From Tubulanus polymorphus (Eukaryota; Animalia; Nemertea): 64,000 nucleotides of DNA. The notes beneath the pieces are model-generated. The model did not search any database. It was not told the origin of the DNA and worked only from the letters and a program-made list of their open reading frames with translations. The first letter of the stretch is position 1; the number at the start of each line of letters is the position of its first letter. The translations under genes and the position numbers were made by a program. Shown here one piece after another: positions 63,701 through 64,000 of this stretch. The stretch covers positions 31,042,299 to 31,106,298 of the forward strand of contig NC_134025.1 in NCBI RefSeq assembly GCF_964204645.1, written 5' to 3'.

Positions 63701-63779
63701 CTACAGAATGGTTAAATCGACTCGTCAGCTAAGCCAAGTCGACCAGTTTATCAAACTACAACAACAATTACAATTCTAG
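25227..63779 (+). CDS. REV3L: DNA polymerase zeta catalytic subunit REV3L, predicted ~7,105 aa, 32 coding exons
   Basis: Exons 25227-25365, 27392-27578, 27685-27759, 28101-28182, 29468-29552, 30087-30273, 31617-31711, 32219-32326, 32868-32952, 33415-33536, 33956-34114, 34605-34845, 35237-35361, 35733-44090, 44341-51941, 52485-53468, 53613-53732, 55397-55740, 55965-56080, 56174-56292, 56479-56597, 57432-57573, 57658-57908, 58523-58660, 59055-59124, 59215-59432, 59696-59810, 59997-60134, 60707-60897, 61334-61561, 63103-63169, 63471-63779 (21,318 nt, all phases compatible). N-terminal motifs: [85 protein letters not shown]. Pol B motifs: VLDFQSLYPSIMIAYNYCYST, RQLGLKLIANVTFGY, YGDTDS. C-terminal CysA (CPIC..CDGC) and CysB (CYNC..CVSIDC). 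Confidence 0.93.
26250..26632. repeat. 43-bp minisatellite (~9 copies) in REV3L intron 1
   Basis: Unit CTGACTAAACCGGGTCGGTCTCTCACAAGTCTCCTGCCTCCCC. Confidence 0.95.
27152..27297 (-). pseudogene. Isolated 28S (LSU) rRNA fragment, antisense in REV3L intron 1
   Basis: The minus strand reads ...GGGACCCGAAAGATGGTGAACTATGCTTGAGCAGGACGAAGCCAGAGGAAACTCTGGTGGAGGTCCGTAGCGATTCTGACGTGCTAATCGATCGTCGAACTTGAGTTTAGGGGCGAAAGACTA, a highly conserved eukaryotic LSU core segment; no other rDNA sequence is present. Confidence 0.88.
28222..28495. mobile_element. Two adjacent degenerate copies of MITE-like family C
   Basis: Both resemble 34304-34434 (...TTTCAnGAAAAG...AAGTTTGAATTGTTGTC...GAAAACATGAAGTAnCC...). 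Confidence 0.5.
29209..29295. repeat. ~30-bp tandem repeat (3 copies)
   Basis: CAGTCTACTGTAGATCAGAGGCAAGC appears three times in tandem. Confidence 0.85.
29631..29936. mobile_element. MITE-like element with CAGT...-type termini (Tc1/mariner-pogo-like, tentative)
   Basis: ACAGTCAAACTCTGTTCAAGTC ... GACTTGAGCTTGAATCTTGACT imperfect inverted repeats; related to the ends of the 60-bp array at 30305 and to ~55762-55905. Confidence 0.4.
30305..31442. repeat. 60-bp minisatellite (~18 copies) in REV3L intron 6
   Basis: Unit CATCCAACTCAGATATCACTCTCAAGTCAAAAGATCAGACTTGAGCGGAGTCTACTGTAC, with an internal CTCAAGTC/GACTTGAG hairpin. Confidence 0.95.
32383..32656. mobile_element. piggyBac-like non-autonomous element (TTAA-CCC...GGG-TTAA) in REV3L intron 8
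   Basis: TTAACCCTTCA at 32383 and TGAAAGGGTTAA ending 32656; internal inverted repeats AGTGCGTCTACACCGC / GCGGTGTAGACGCACT and TACACCGCAnTGCGGTGTA-type palindromes. Confidence 0.55.
34304..34434. mobile_element. MITE-like family C element
   Basis: GGGCCCGGTTTCACGAAAAAGTT ... AACTTTTTCGTGAAACTGGATCC, ~23-bp inverted termini flanked by CCT/AGG. Confidence 0.7.
35391..35675 (+). repeat. 39-bp minisatellite (~7 copies) in REV3L intron 13, from the MITE family A terminus
   Basis: Unit GGATCCAGTTCCACAGTTGTATGAGTTTAATTTGACTCT. Confidence 0.93.
35733..44090 (+). CDS. REV3L: REV3L giant exon 14 (8,358 nt, phase 1-1)
   Basis: Acceptor TTCAG at 35728-35732 and donor GTAAGT at 44091. Corresponds to ORF 35786-44125 and is in phase with exons 13 and 15. 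Contains polyQ, a 32-33-aa repeat and an AT-hook (RGRPRGRPRGS). Confidence 0.85.
36652..36727 (+). repeat. Coding CAG/CAA polyglutamine tract in REV3L exon 14
   Basis: Encodes a Q run, then DRQR, then a longer Q run. Confidence 0.9.
37795..38565 (+). repeat. Coding 96-99-bp tandem repeat (8 copies) in REV3L exon 14
   Basis: Peptide unit approximately SYGGNVRSPHGSFQNQNSPVMQRKIPEPSMSTN. Confidence 0.93.
44341..51941 (+). CDS. REV3L: REV3L giant exon 15 (7,601 nt, phase 1-0)
   Basis: Acceptor TTTTTCAG ending 44340 and donor GTAAGT at 51942. Corresponds to ORF 44343-52040. Its 3' end carries a REV7-binding-type motif IYTPKRAPPS and the REV3-like QPYCSDPSDIP. Confidence 0.87.
44730..45260 (+). 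repeat. Coding 24-bp tandem repeat (~22 copies, TPVRNTDQ) in REV3L exon 15
   Basis: Unit ACGCCAGTCAGAAACACTGACCAG. Confidence 0.95.
45972..46302 (+). repeat. Coding 57-bp tandem repeat (~5.5 copies, TKSPSPIRSPSASSTPPPR) in REV3L exon 15
   Basis: Direct reading of the DNA and of the ORF translation. Confidence 0.93.
49110..49290 (+). repeat. Coding 21-bp tandem repeat (RSPSPNP) in REV3L exon 15
   Basis: Unit AGATCTCCAAGTCCAAATCCT, about 8 copies. Confidence 0.9.
50645..50822 (+). repeat. Coding 24-bp tandem repeat (TGPQSPKN) in REV3L exon 15
   Basis: Unit ACAGGACCACAGTCTCCTAAAAAT, about 7 copies. Confidence 0.9.
52014..52152. mobile_element. MITE-like family B element in REV3L intron 15
   Basis: Closely similar to 22441-22580. 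Confidence 0.65.
54720..54936 (+). repeat. ~215-bp polypyrimidine (CT-rich) low-complexity tract in REV3L intron 17
   Basis: Almost entirely C/T; source of the Leu/Ser/Phe-rich part of spurious ORF 54456-54962. Confidence 0.9.
56655..57197. repeat. Compound minisatellite with a perfect 18-bp palindrome per unit, REV3L intron 21
   Basis: Units of variable length built on ATTGCCACTATGAGATATCTCATAGTTCCAGTTC; CTATGAGATATCTCATAG is self-complementary. Confidence 0.9.
57894..58321 (+). repeat. 22-bp minisatellite (~19 copies) spanning the REV3L exon 23 donor site
   Basis: Unit TCTCTCTAAAGCTCA|GTAAGTT; the first copy is the true exon/intron junction at 57908/57909. Confidence 0.93.
58681..58836. 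mobile_element. MITE-like element with GGTTTCATAGA...TCTATGAAACC termini
   Basis: Inverted termini related to families A-C (ends in AAACCGGGCCC). Confidence 0.45.
59455..59552. mobile_element. MITE-like family A element in REV3L intron 26
   Basis: GGATCCAGTTCCACAGTT ... AACTGCGGAACTGGGTCC. Confidence 0.6.
60538..60738 (+). repeat. Tandem triplication (66/69-bp units) spanning the REV3L exon 29 acceptor
   Basis: TCAATAATATTGATCGTGTTTATTTTGTATATAG|ATCCTAGAGAAA(TCA)TTGCGTCTGCTGTTCAG occurs three times. Confidence 0.92.
61572..63067. repeat. 29-bp minisatellite (~52 copies) filling almost all of REV3L intron 30
   Basis: Unit CTCACTACCCAGGGTCTGTGTTACTATAC; stop-free in all three + frames, which produces the 500-626-aa ORFs. 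Confidence 0.96.
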
Positions 63780-64000
63780 AACTCGGTGCATTGTGTCGCC
63801 CTGCTATTCCCAGTTGCGATACGGTCGACAAAAACTAAACAATACAAAACAACTTTTACGTGCCTTTTCTAGTAGAGAAAAGTATCTGCATGGCGCTTCT
63901 GTACATAGGAAAAAATATTGCTCATTCACTAAGCATTTCTGTACGAGGAAGAATAAATTACCAAGATGTTTGCAAACGCATAATGATATTGATAATAATA

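Overview
AT-rich, intron-containing genomic DNA from an invertebrate animal; the species cannot be determined from the sequence alone. I assembled five protein-coding genes by hand, all with GT-AG introns and consistent phases: (1) the 3' end of TTK/Mps1 kinase (+, 1-1392); (2) a complete Brachyury (T) gene (+, 4024-11734, 7 exons, ~390 aa); (3) DGCR6/gonadal (+, 12604-13593, 196 aa); (4) a short HAUS6 (-, 13949-17439, 11 exons, ~373 aa); (5) a complete but very large REV3L / DNA polymerase zeta catalytic subunit (+, 25227-63779, 32 coding exons, ~7,105 aa versus ~3,130 in human). Two giant REV3L exons (8,358 and 7,601 nt) encode a low-complexity insert rich in short linear motifs: 18 exact IWSP copies, S/T-P-x-R arrays, CtBP-like, eh1-like and PxVxL motifs and an AT-hook. 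Introns carry many unrelated minisatellites and short inverted-repeat (MITE-like) elements. Two repeat arrays amplify REV3L splice sites themselves, and every extra copy would lead to a premature stop. Other oddities: an antisense 28S rRNA fragment in REV3L intron 1, a head-to-head pair of tRNA-like elements each grown into a different satellite, and a duplicated kB-CRE-kB module in the likely HAUS6/REV3L bidirectional promoter. No CRISPR array and no intact transposase were seen. Coordinates were counted manually, and repeat boundaries are approximate.
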